DNA of 53,502 nucleotides, filler included, from Circinaria calcarea (Eukaryota): NCBI GenBank assembly GCA_051942165.1. It is 4 parts of 4 records of this genome, joined end to end, with 100 filler letters (N's around TTAATTAATTAA, not from the genome) between each part and the next. Parts side by side here need not be neighbours in the genome. Positions count along the whole stretch, not along the records: positions 26,815 to 40,109 come from JAVECS010000514.1; 3 more parts are not named here. One strand, 5' to 3'. Shown piece by piece: positions 27,271 to 38,263 of this stretch (position 1 is its first letter; each line of letters starts with the position of its first letter). The notes under the pieces were generated by a model. It saw only the letters and a program-made list of their open reading frames with translations, ran no database searches and was not told where the DNA came from. The position numbers and the translations under genes were made by a program.

Positions 27271-28797
27271 GTTGAGAAGAGCAGCTCTGGATCGGTGCGA
27301 TTGCCCTTATCCCAGGTGCAGATGGACGATTCCATTCTCGATGAAGCAGACGACGGTTTATATATCATGTTCACCCTCTGGATACATGGTGGCCACACGA
27401 AGCCTCGTTTGCACCTCGAGGCACAAATCAGAGCGACACGGTCCAGCACGTGTATTTTGCCAATGTTGCTAAAGTTGCCGCCAAGGTCGCCGAGAGAGCC
27501 TAGACAGATCGTCGGGACCGCCAAGAAAGATACGCGGTACCTCCGTACCAAACCGGTCCTCGCGGGAAAAGTGCTCGTCGCCCAATAACATAATACAAAA
27601 TCCTAGCGAGTGCCGCGTCCGGTGGCGACAAGGTCGGAAGGGGAGCACGTGGCAAGGTATTTAGAATCATGCGGGCGCGCTTCCCAAGACGGAATCTGTA
27701 CCGGGAACCATTAAGGCTGTCGAATCAAATAAGCAGGTACACGTTTTCAATCGACAGGTCCTCCAACCACAGCCAAGCCTACTTCCGGTCCCTGATCACT
27801 CGCTAAGGCTCGCGTTTGATTCCCAGGCCACATCGTGCAATCAACGAAATGGGCACATTCGGTATGCACATGCGTTTGGTGGCTGAAATGACACCCACGT
27901 GCGTAAATTTCGGACTCGCCGATGCTCGGAACTACCATATTGGGTTTAACTCCGAGGCGAATAGAGCCGAATAAGTACAAGATTCCGTATAAACCCACCT
28001 GGAATTAAAATTTTCTAGTAGAACTACTGAGTGGCATGAATAACACCGACCCTACCCTATCACTCAACAAATCGTTTACTCCATGCAAGAGCACGGGCTG
28101 ACTGCGCCAAAACAATTTCAGATTCGCGGCAGGCTACCGGGTAGCACCTGTGCTTTTGGGTGCCGTGCGGAGGCATCCCGGCTCCGACTGCCTAGCCGAG
28201 TTGTTCTGGGGATTCAATTAAAGTAAAAGGAATCCCTTCTAATTAGTTCTCTCTCGCTCTCTTCTCCTCTTCTCTTTGATCGATCAGATGAATTGCGTGC
28301 ATCAAAACAACCCCAATACAGGTAACAATTGGGAAACCGGAGTCCAAAAGGCTGAAATCCCAACATCAGGCAGTCTTCAGCTCACCAATCGCTACGCGCC
28401 TACGCTAAGCCCCACCAGGGGGACAGAAGCGGTTAATGTTCAAAATAGCAGAGGGAAAGCGCAAGCCTTCTGTCGACATTTGTCGCCGTTCCCTGCCCTG
28501 TTCCTATAGGTGGAAACATGCATCTCGTTGGTGTTTTAATTGATTACCCGGTGAGCGGCACACGTAGCGGCGAGTATGAACTATGAAGAGCAGGTAAAGG
28601 TATGGACTACCCAATGACTTCTGTCTAACCGCCCATCCACTGTAGGGATATGGCTTCGCCGCACTGTAGTGAGCCGTTGTCCTGGAAAACGGATTAAATA
28701 AAGACTGCTCAACTACTCTGACATTAAGCATTCACTACCTATTCTGCAGATTCAGAGATTTGGCTGCTTGCTTTTGTACTCAGGCTCGGATTTGGAA

Positions 28798-29981
28798 ATG
28801 CGTTGTCAAACGCATTTGTTCTCTCTGTACTTCTTGCTCCGTTGGCTTGCTGTTGCCATTGAGGTTGCCCCGAACTCGGTCTGCTCGCCTTTGTGTAACG
28901 ATAATCCAACGCTTGATCCGTCCTCCGACCTCGCTTCCAGCACTCAGACGTGGAATCTCTACTGCCAGGACTGGGAGCTCGCTGGACCCAATTCCATCGC
29001 GGATGGACGGAAATGGAACAGCTGTCTGACCTGTCAGAGTACCAGCGCGCATAACGATCAGAACACAACCAGCAACGACGTACAATGGTTCTTGTGTTGG
29101 TGGAGTCTAGCCTTCCCGATAATAAGAGGCTGACAGCATAATAGTCAACATGAGGTTCACCATTGACTGGTGTATATACGGGTATCCGAATAATCCCAAC
29201 CAAACTCTGGCAATGACGAGTTGTCACGAAGCCTGTGTTGGTCCCAACAGCGAACTCGAGTCTGCCTCAACCAACCAGCTACTCTCTACCAACTCTTCAA
29301 ACCAGTATCAGTACTGCGATGTCAATAGTGGAGCCTTCTCGAGGAATGTGGATGCTTGCATTGATTGTGTACAAAACGTGCCAAATTCAACAGCTTTGGT
29401 CAATTGTGAGTACTCTTCTGTAGCGGTTCTTACCAATCATATCTAATTCCTTTTTTCTAGATCTGCACGCATTGAACGAGGGTTGCCAGCAGAGACCCAA
29501 ACCTGGCGACAATACAACCATCAAGTTAAGCTTCGACTTGTTTCCTCCAGCTGCCGCCGTTAATCCTGTCATGTCTACCAACGCATCCACAACCCCTACC
29601 GTTATTACATCTACATCAAGTACAACTCCGTCGGCCAGCATAACAACTTCTCCAAGCACTCTACCTTCGAATTTGGCTCATCAAACAAACAGAGGGCTCG
29701 CAATAGGCTTAGCCGCCGGTTTAGGCTGTGCCGTAATCATCATTTGTGCCCTCAGTATACTGCTTTGTTTCCGTAAATCTCGGTCAGGACAAAAGGAAGT
29801 TGGTAGCCGCCGATCAGAATCAGCCCCCGACGAATGGAGCCTAGGCGACTATCCGAAACCAAGAGACAGTCATCGAGCGGAATTATCATACACACCCGCC
29901 GTAGCAGAGGTTGGCGCTGGGGTGAGACGTGCCGAGCTAAGTTCGGACCCTGCGAGGACTTATATAAGAAGCGATCAATAA
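28798..29981 (+). CDS. Type I membrane protein: signal peptide, Cys-rich ectodomain, Ser/Thr stalk, TM helix, short cytosolic tail (3 exons)
   Basis: MRCQTHLFSLYFLLRWLAVAIEVAPNSVCSPLC...SCLTC...QWFL|FNMRFTIDWC...ACIDC..., a Thr/Ser-rich stalk, TM GLAIGLAAGLGCAVIIICALSILLCF, then RKSR. Confidence 0.75.
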
Positions 29982-30529
29982 GAATATACAAAGGGCAAGC
30001 GTAAACAGCGCTTTGTAAATAGATCTTTTTTGTAATTGAATACGACTCAACTTCTATACAATACATTACAAGAACGTGATATCTTCGCCACGCGGTTATT
30101 CCAAAAATCCCTTGAATGCGTTGCTTGGTTGACCGGTGCTTACTACGTATGGCTTCCGGGGCGGCGCTAAAACGGCCACCATCACCACATGGAAGTAGCT
30201 AAATACTTTCAAATTCGACTGTGGATATGCTATGCCTCGACCGGGGAGGATGGCATATCGCACCCGGATTCGTTCTCTCCACTCCACTCCCAGTTGTCTA
30301 GGTGTCTTTATTGATGATCCGTGTTCGCGGAGTAATGCAGGTCTTTGATTGAAGACGAGTCAGCTATACCAGAGAACTATATTATATTGTCTATATACTA
30401 GCGATAATGCTGTTTTTGCTTCGTTCTGTTCGAGCACGCACATTGGAGACAGTTACTTCCTCTACCATGACCATGAAGTTCTTAGGGAACCTAAAGAAGC
30501 ATCTTAATCAATTATGCGATCCACCTAGA

Positions 30530-32580
30530 CGGAAACCTATCATGAGCTTTACGCTGTTCCCACGGTTGCTTAGGCCTGCCTGGTGCGTGCCTATGATTGC
30601 GTACCTGGTTCTGAACTTCGGAAGCGTGTTCCTCGCTGCCAATATCAGCTATATCGGTTGCTAACGCATACTATGACGATTTCCGGATTCACAAATCCAG
30701 CACTAGTATACCCGACAGAGACGTCCTAGACTGGCTCCAAATTCTTTCAAAAATACTTGAAGTGTGATTTACTTTCTTAGTTGGCTAGCTAGTTATGAAA
30801 TAGTGCTGGGATGTTTTCTTGTCGGCCCGCCACGAGGTTTGCCCTTTGGGTGGGTGGCAGCGCCAGCTGAGTTGTCCAGCTCTGGATCATATTGCAGGAA
30901 AAAGTTCTGGCAGGGAACGGCGGATTGCAGAAAGATTGAAATGGTATCGTTTGCGAGACCCGAGGCGTGCTGCCTTCGCTCTCCTCTGATCTTTCTGTGC
31001 CTCTTGGCTAATCTGGATTGGGCCTTCGATAGCTATTCTGGTAATCCCACAGCTTCGGTGGAAGCGGGTCGAGTTCTTTACAGGGCCGAAGTTTTCCATA
31101 ATTACTTCAATTATCTTTCTTTCCACCTTCGTACTATCCCCTTGCACTGACAATCAGATTATTACGGGGCAGTACTGCTGTTGGAAGATGTACATTCAAT
31201 ATCTCTGGATGCGTTACTTTCCCTGAGAACTATTAGCAATACCGCAAACCATCACGATCAACTTGCCTACCGTTTCTCAACAAGAATCCAGCTGGTTTGT
31301 TTTTAATCATAGCGCTGAAGGTCTCTTATGGGCACCAGCAGATACGTTTTGAACTGGCTTACAACGAGGGTGGATGGCTTGCAAACCTCGGGCCGAGCGT
31401 GGGACGCATAATCTGTTGAATTTCATGATCTTAGACTCGAATACAGCATTAATGCAAAATGCACTGCTAGGATTGTCAAAGCGCTCGGATTAACTCATGA
31501 CTAAAGCCCTATCTGTCTCAATGGGCTAGCAATCTAGCCAGTATTATGACGACTCGCCTGCATAGCTGAACGTTTCCACCACCAATTCCCTCAATGACAC
31601 TGCTCTCTGTGTACCTACGAGATCGAGCCGAGATTTCAATACCAGCAAGTCAGCCTCTAATCTGAAAATCCCATATCCGGCAGCACAAATGAAACTACAC
31701 GAGCAGGCAGCTCGATCGCTGTGCGGACACGCTCGACCGAAAAGGGTTTCCTTAACCAAGATCTTGATAGTACATTGTCAGAATGCATTGCCGATAATTT
31801 CTTAAACCAAAGTCATTTCACGGCGCTGCAGGGATCCCCTTCGATACACCTCCGTATCCAACATTAGCATTACCACCTACGAAACCGCCAGTCATCCCGT
31901 CAATCCGACATACTTTAACCTTGTGCCTATGGACGGTCCGACCCTCTTCGCCGAATACGTCCTTGACGTCTCGGACCCCGCTCACCCCGTCAGCGTACAA
32001 GGATTGCCCCGGATTTACGCCCCGAAAGTCAACCAAATACGTCCATGCGGACTGGCTGCTCATTACCTGGGCTATGGACGCTGGGTCCTTAATTTTCAGC
32101 GCCACCAGACCCACACCACGGCATATCTCTTCTGCCGTCTCCGCCCTTCAGAACCGCCCGCAAATCACTTTCACACCGCAGTCGGCGGGGGCACAGGTGC
32201 ATCTGACCCGGTTGCAAGAACTTATCGTCGGGAATGGGATATCGCTCTCGGACTCTTGTTCCACTGGAGCCACGCCTAAAACTCCTGTTGCAGCGCTAGA
32301 ACGGCCAGGCGCGCTAAACTCGTAGTACAATATTCAGGTGTATGCATTCGGACTCGAGTCTCGGACTTCGGTGTTGGGTGTAGTGGTGGTTACCATGTGC
32401 CTGGTAGTCGTCCTGACCCGTGCAGCAATGTTTTTCCTTCTCTGCGGACCAAACCTCACCTCACAGCTAAGGTCGATGGATATCATCCTTTTGGCGTTTC
32501 GATTGCAGGTCCGGGAAGGGGCATTTGGACGGGAGAAATGCAGACCCCAGGCCATTAAAGAAACAGGTCAAGATTGAAAG
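30530..32580 (+). pseudogene. Probable decayed gene of a fungal multi-pass membrane protein
   Basis: Successive protein-like fragments in changing + frames, interrupted by stops and frameshifts: IAYLVLNFGSVFLAA, LIFLCLLANLDWAF, FAEYVLDVSDP, KYVHADWLLITWAMD, YAFGLESRTSVLGVVVVTMCLVVVL. Boundaries are approximate. Confidence 0.4.
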
Positions 32581-33265
32581 AAATTGAGAGCAATAGAGAA
32601 CCCAGCTTTTGTACTCGGCGAGGACAAAGGAACCCGAAGGAAGTGGGCTTGGATCGGGGCCCGAGATTTCTTGGCCGGAAACCCCACGGCAAAGGGTTAT
32701 ATGCCATTGAGTGAAGGTATTGGAATGGAACGTTTACAGAATAAATATATGAAATTCTCTACGCCGCTTGGAGCCAGCGCACCGTCAGTAGTGTAAACGG
32801 TGTAGAATAGGCACCACAATGCATTGGTTTTGGCAGTGCAGCTCGGAGGCCTGTTTCTTCTTGGAGGGGACGGAGCGGGAGGAGGGGAAGAGTCCGGAGA
32901 AATGACCCGGATACATGTCCTCATCGAGCAATAATGAGTTGGTTGGGCTTGGAATAAATAGTCGTAGAGGCGAATTCTAAGATTTTTCTGCCAGTGAGGG
33001 AAGGGAGCCGAGTCGATGGCAGCGGCTGGGATATCAAAGGGGAAGGGAAGGGAGGGTAGTAATCTTACATTACCGACGTAGTAATGGCAGCTTAGCAGGC
33101 TTGCGCCTTGTTATCTATCTATACTCGGGCTGGAAACACCTACAGCTGTCGGGTAGCATAGCCTTGGTGCCTAGATTTTACTCCAGACTGCGGTGCATGC
33201 TTTCAAACGAATATTCTGATCTTGGGTACAAGGGGGTTTTTCACTAAGGACTCTCACTTGTTGTT

Positions 33266-35633
33266 TTATGTCCCCCCCCTCCACTCTTCCAAAGCAGAAG
33301 ATTGCCCGATAGCGCTATAGAAACGGAGCTGCGGGGCTAGCTGTTGGATACAAGCTCCCTCCTCGACGGCGGACCTGGCTCGCTCTGCAAGGTAATGGGA
33401 TACCTGACGTCCTTGGCTATCCTCGGCTTGGAAATCGGCCTTGTATTCCTTTAAGACCTCCAGAGCAGTTTCCATATATAAATCCTCTTTCAGAACTTGC
33501 GCGTGATTGCCCAAAGCAATGATATGAACGGCTGCGAACCCATTCCCATTACAGCCATCCACGTTCGCACCTTGGCTGAGAAGTTCTTTCATTATCCCAA
33601 CGTCAAGGTAGGAAGTAGCTATGGCCAATGGCGTCATTATTTCTGTGCCGATACCGACGCCTTCATCGCAGTTGGGATTCGCGCCAGCTTTGAGCAAACT
33701 CCTTGCAATGCCCAAGTGCGACAGTTGACATGCAATCTGTAGGGGCGATTTCTCCCCTCTGTGGTTTGGGTTCGCACCAGCGTCGAGAAGAGCCTGTATG
33801 GCGCTTGAATGCTTGGATCTGCAAGCCATTATCAAGGGTGTGTGCCGGAACGAGTGCTTGGTCTCAACATTGGCTCCATATGATACGAGAAGCCGGATGA
33901 GGTCAGCGTTGTCCGTATCTTGGGCAGCATGATGTATAGGCTGGAACTTGTCGTTGCCGCAGGAACCGATCTGAGCTCCGGCATCAAGTAGAACCCGTGC
34001 AACGTCACAAGATCCGGCCATACAGGCAGTATGAAGTGGGCGGTAACGGGATTCGTCCTGAGCATCCACTGAAGCCCCATTCTGTAGGAGAAAATTCGCC
34101 ATAAGCGCATGCCCTCCCGATGCGGCTTCATGAAGCGGATGACGAAGCCCAGTATATACACTATTGATCCATGCACCACGTTCCAGCAGAAGTCGGGCGA
34201 TTTCGATGTGACCGTATCTCGCTGCAGTGTGTAATGCTGTCCGCCCTTTCATAAGATATGTTGATGCTGCTGCCCTGGCCTCGACGTCCTCTCCTAGATC
34301 GAGCATGCTAACAGCTTCACGGACAAGGCCATTTTGACAAGCGTTCAGCAACTGCTGCCGTCTCCATTCCGTGTGTACCACATTCGCGGGATCAAAGACT
34401 TTGGTAAGAAGGTGTGATAGGTGATGTTTCAGAAGTGCCCCTAGAATTGCAGGATCTTGCACTTTGGTGCCGCGAGCTAGAAGGAACTGTATCAGTGGCT
34501 TACTACCATCTCGGCAAGCAACTACCAGACGCTGTTGCAACCATTCGGTCGATACCGGAATACAATTTTCGAACGCCATTTCAAGGAGGTCGATTCGTTC
34601 TTGCTGGAAAGCAAGGTGTAGGAGCCATGAGCCATAATCGTCATTACTGTGCGTTGCGTTTCTACCGTCAATGGGAGGGAGTATTTCATCATTGCCGACC
34701 TCCAGGATGGTTGCCTTGCTCTCATGATTTCCTTTTGCCTTAGTGCGATGGTCTTGGCTTAGCTGTATAATGCTAGATGCATCATGGACTGACCAAAACT
34801 TTAGCAGTCTTAGAGGCTCTTCGGAAATGCTCTCATTTTTAGCCACGAGAGTCTGGCCACTGAAGGTCGGACATAGTTCCAAGTGGAAATCTTCCCCAGG
34901 CTGAGCTGACGTATTGGCATGATAGTCCGTAAGGTCGCCGGTTCCAAAGCTTTCAATGTGGATTCTGGAGGAGGGAGGAGCGTCTGGACAGTGTGAACGG
35001 TTTCGAACCAGTCTGTGGAGCCGGCCTTGTTTGATGCTACCTGAGGATGAAAGCTGGGCCAACGTCCTTGCCTGCATAATAGCAATTGATAGTTGAAAAA
35101 CAGTTTCGTTTTTTAGCAGGAAGACTTCCCGCTCGCATGGCAGTGACCTTTTGGATATTAGGGCGTCCTGTAATCGTGGATAGTTCTTGTCATAGAGCTG
35201 CTTACAGGATAATAGCCTTTAACAGATGGTTTAAAAGCCCGTTATAGCCCCTCAGAGAGCTCTGATGGTATTGGAGAATCCTTTCAATCCTCCGTGCCCG
35301 AGCAGCTTTCCAGAACACCCTATACTTGAAGGTGGTTTTGCAAGTAGAGAGGTCGTCTTCTAGTGAAGACAAAACTCGCCTCCCCATGGCGAGAGTATCC
35401 TGAAGCCTTTGTAGAAACAAATTGTCGTCAACTTCCCAGTGTTGACACCACCGTTTAAAAATGCCCCATACCCCCAGGATACCAAAGCAGTTTATCGTTG
35501 TTTCGGAAATGACGCTGTCTGCATAATAATATTTTTGAGATATTTTAGACAGTTGCGCGATTAACCTTCCGCATTGATGTAGGTGCTCGTGGGAACTGGT
35601 CCAAATCGTCATTACTAATTTAGTGGTGCCCAT
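33266..35633 (-). CDS. Ankyrin-repeat protein with an N-terminal ~140-aa helical (HeLo-like/SesA-like?) domain; intron 35148-35205
   Basis: ORF 35202-35633 splices (GTAAGC...CTAAT...AAG) in frame via SLPCEREVFLLKNETVFQLSIAI into ORF 33266-35077. That ORF carries about 10 or more ANK repeats (GRTALHTAARYGHIEIARLLLERGA, RHPLHEAASGGH, YRPLHTACMAG, HTPLIMAC, KSPLQIAC, MTPLAIA). Confidence 0.8.
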
Positions 35634-35803
35634 GACTGGCGTGCGATAGATGATGGTGCGTGACGATTGTTAGCTACAAAAGATCTATCTTCAATACACA
35701 TGAGAACGGATGAAAGATAACAAAAAACAAGAAAATGGAATGGTGAGATGTCTTCTCATCGATCGACCTTCCCCCGCCTCCCAAGCCATAGGGATTTGGC
35801 ACG

Positions 35804-35870
35804 TGGTAAGCGGCGCGGGCTTACGCAAGATTGCGTAGGATTGCGCAGGATTGTGCAGGATCACTTACCA
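35804..35870. repeat. Four degenerate 10-bp tandem units (TTRYGYARGA) bracketed by a TGGTAAG/CTTACCA inverted pair
   Basis: ttacgcaaga ttgcgtagga ttgcgcagga ttgtgcagga at 35821-35860; tggtaag at 35804 and cttacca ending at 35870. Confidence 0.7.
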
Positions 35871-35962
35871 TATCCCAACCTCAGCCACCATTAGTTTTCG
35901 GTTGGATTTCTTACCACAACCAAGTCCCGCGCGGCGTACAAGTAATTTCACTGGACGCTTAT

Positions 35963-36636
35963 TAGTTGTTGGAGACCTCCAAAAATATTTCTTCTGCTGA
36001 AAGTGTGAATGTTCAGCTGGCGGCGCTGCAAGCTTAGATTTATTAGTACAGAGTACACACGGGCTGGAATCCTTCACTAATGCACATATTATACAGGATT
36101 AAACCAAAGGTGTCAAAGGTTTAGCAGGGAGTGATTTTAGCAATGCATGGAGACGGTATTCAATGTGTACGCAATAGTCGATATATTGTGTAACATGTAT
36201 AGTTTGCAAAGTGCGAAGGTAAGGGGAAAACTCTGCAACCCGCGCTACTACTAATACGGGTAGTACAGAACTTCTGCATACAGAAGTTCGGCTTACAGTA
36301 TGCTTGGCTCTCCATTCAACAAAAAGATATTTACCCTTTTTCTTAACAGTATTTTAATAATTTCCCCGAGTCTTTGCCATAACACCGCGGGGAGAAAAGA
36401 ATAGTGGTCCTGTGAAAGACAACGGGCTTAAGCAAGAACTATCAGCTGTATTAAAATTATATTTCTATTACTAAATGTACCATACCCAGTCAGTAATGAA
36501 AGCGGCGTTGTATAAGGGCTCCTAAATGCCACAAAGGATTCTAGCCCGTGCTGTCTGTTATTCTGTAGTTGTTGGAGACCTCCGAAAATATTCCCTCTAC
36601 TCAAAGTGTTGATGTTCAGCTGGCGGCGTTGCAAGC
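35963..36636. repeat. 71-bp dispersed direct repeat (copies at 35963-36033 and 36566-36636)
   Basis: Manual ungapped alignment gives 63/71 identical positions (TAGTTGTTGGAGACCTCC...GTTCAGCTGGCGGCG.TGCAAGC). Confidence 0.85.
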
Positions 36637-37030
36637 CCGGGTCCCTTAGTGGGCACCTTGGCGTCACCCTTTGGGCAAGCGGAAATTTTCTCCGCCACTG
36701 CTCGGGCAAGACTTAGCCCTTAGCGTCCCATCCTTGAGGAGTCGGCAATGCCCAGAGATCGATGAGAGTTTGGCCTAGAGCCAAGACACAAACGCTTTAC
36801 AACTCTACCACTAATGCGAAATAGGAGAATCCAACGAGTAGTCGAATTTTAATGCTGGGATTTAACGCTACCGTAAGCTCTTCAATCCTTATCCCAACTG
36901 ACCCAAATATACTAGTTATATCAGAATGTTGGAGTTAAATGAACGATTCGTCGGTGGTACAGTCAGTTTCAGGCAAGTCAGCTTGGAGGAGGTGTGGTAG
37001 GTGAATAGCCCCCTTCTGTGGTCCCTAAGG

Positions 37031-37040
37031 TATATATAAA
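37031..37040 (+). promoter_or_regulatory. TATA box upstream of the secreted peptide gene
   Basis: TATATATAAA about 160 bp upstream of ATG 37200, followed by a C/A-rich leader typical of highly expressed secreted-protein genes. Confidence 0.6.
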
Positions 37041-37199
37041 GAGCAGCTAGATATCTCTTTGAAATCCACATCACCATACTCTACTTCAGCAACAACCTTC
37101 ATCTACTCAATCTACACACAATTACTTGGCCGAGTAAACTCCTCCTCCACATCTCAGATATTTCCACACGAGTATTTCAACTTTTGAAACTCCCTCGCC

Positions 37200-37619
37200 A
37201 TGAAGCTCTCCAATGCTCTCATCGTCTCCATCCTGTCCTTCACATCCAGCTCCATCGCAGACCGCAACGTCTATGCCCGTAACGCATACCCAGCTTACCT
37301 CGAAGACATCTTCGCCCGTGCCGCCGAAGCCGACCTCTATGAGCGGGACGCCTACCCAGAAGCCGACTTCTACGAGCGGGACGCCTACCCAGAAGCCGAC
37401 TACGACAGGGTCTTTGCCCGCGAGGCCTATCCGGGCAATACCATCTCGACGATGAAAAATCTTAAATGTTCAGTCGACAAAATGAGCGGAGGAATGACCA
37501 GCGCCGAGAACAAGGCAAAAACCGTCAAGTTGTGTAAGAAAGAGTGCAAATGTGAAGGCAAGGGGAAACTGGAGTGCGGGAAATATACGGTTGGGTGTAA
37601 GCAGGCTTGCACTTGCTGA
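37200..37619 (+). CDS. Secreted pre-pro-peptide: signal, repetitive acidic pro-region, cationic 8-Cys mature domain
   Basis: Intronless 139-aa ORF in good Kozak context (cgccATG). Signal MKLSNALIVSILSFTSSSIA; repeats EADxYERDAYP; C-terminal ...CKKECKC...CKQACTC. Confidence 0.85.
   Translation: MKLSNALIVSILSFTSSSIADRNVYARNAYPAYLEDIFARAAEADLYERDAYPEADFYERDAYPEADYDRVFAREAYPGNTISTMKNLKCSVDKMSGGMTSAENKAKTVKLCKKECKCEGKGKLECGKYTVGCKQACTC
37326..37405 (+). repeat. 33-bp coding tandem repeat (about 2.4 copies) encoding EAD(L/F)YERDAYP
   Basis: GAAGCCGAC recurs at 37326, 37359 and 37392. Confidence 0.9.
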
Positions 37620-38263
37620 ATCAGAGGCGCGTCAACTCCTCGTGCTGCTTTTCCGGATTTGTTGTCGGGACTATGGGAATATGGCGGGAGTGATCCGAAG
37701 TCTTTAAGTTTGTCGCAGTGATTCAGTGCGTTCTGGGACACAGTCTCATGCTAAGGATTTTTTGGTGGTTTTTTTAAGCACATGCCGCGTTGGAATTTCA
37801 TAAGTCGATTGGGAATCGCTGGTCAATTATATCTTGAGGCCTTGGGGCAGCATACATGTTTGTTTATTAGATTGGAGTCAAAACGCTTAGTATGGTTCAA
37901 ATGCTATTTAAAATATCAAAAAGGTTCCGTACTGTGTTAGTAAGTTCAATAAAATATGGTTGAACTGTAAGAGGCTTTTTCATGTCGAGGAATGGATCTA
38001 GAATTTATGATTTGGACTTATGGATTAGCTAATACTAGCATACTTTCCGATCCCGCCCACGTCTGATTCAAACCCAGGCTCAATCACCTCGCCAATAATA
38101 GTCCATATTCCAGGACTCCTTGCAATAGGCGAGTTTGAGTTTGGAGATAGCTCTGGCAGTATAACTCGTTAGGTAGCTAATTCGGATTACTAGATGAGCG
38201 TTAGCTATTAACTCTTCTTTATGAGCTGCTCTTACCTCTGTCTTGTATTCCGGGAGCAGATAT

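Noticed and set aside
37260..37433. Repeats as a dikaritin/ustiloxin-type RiPP precursor cluster
   Set aside because: No DUF3328/UstYa oxidase, tyrosinase or other tailoring gene is visible on the contig and there are no KR dibasic sites. The repeats fit a pro-region better.
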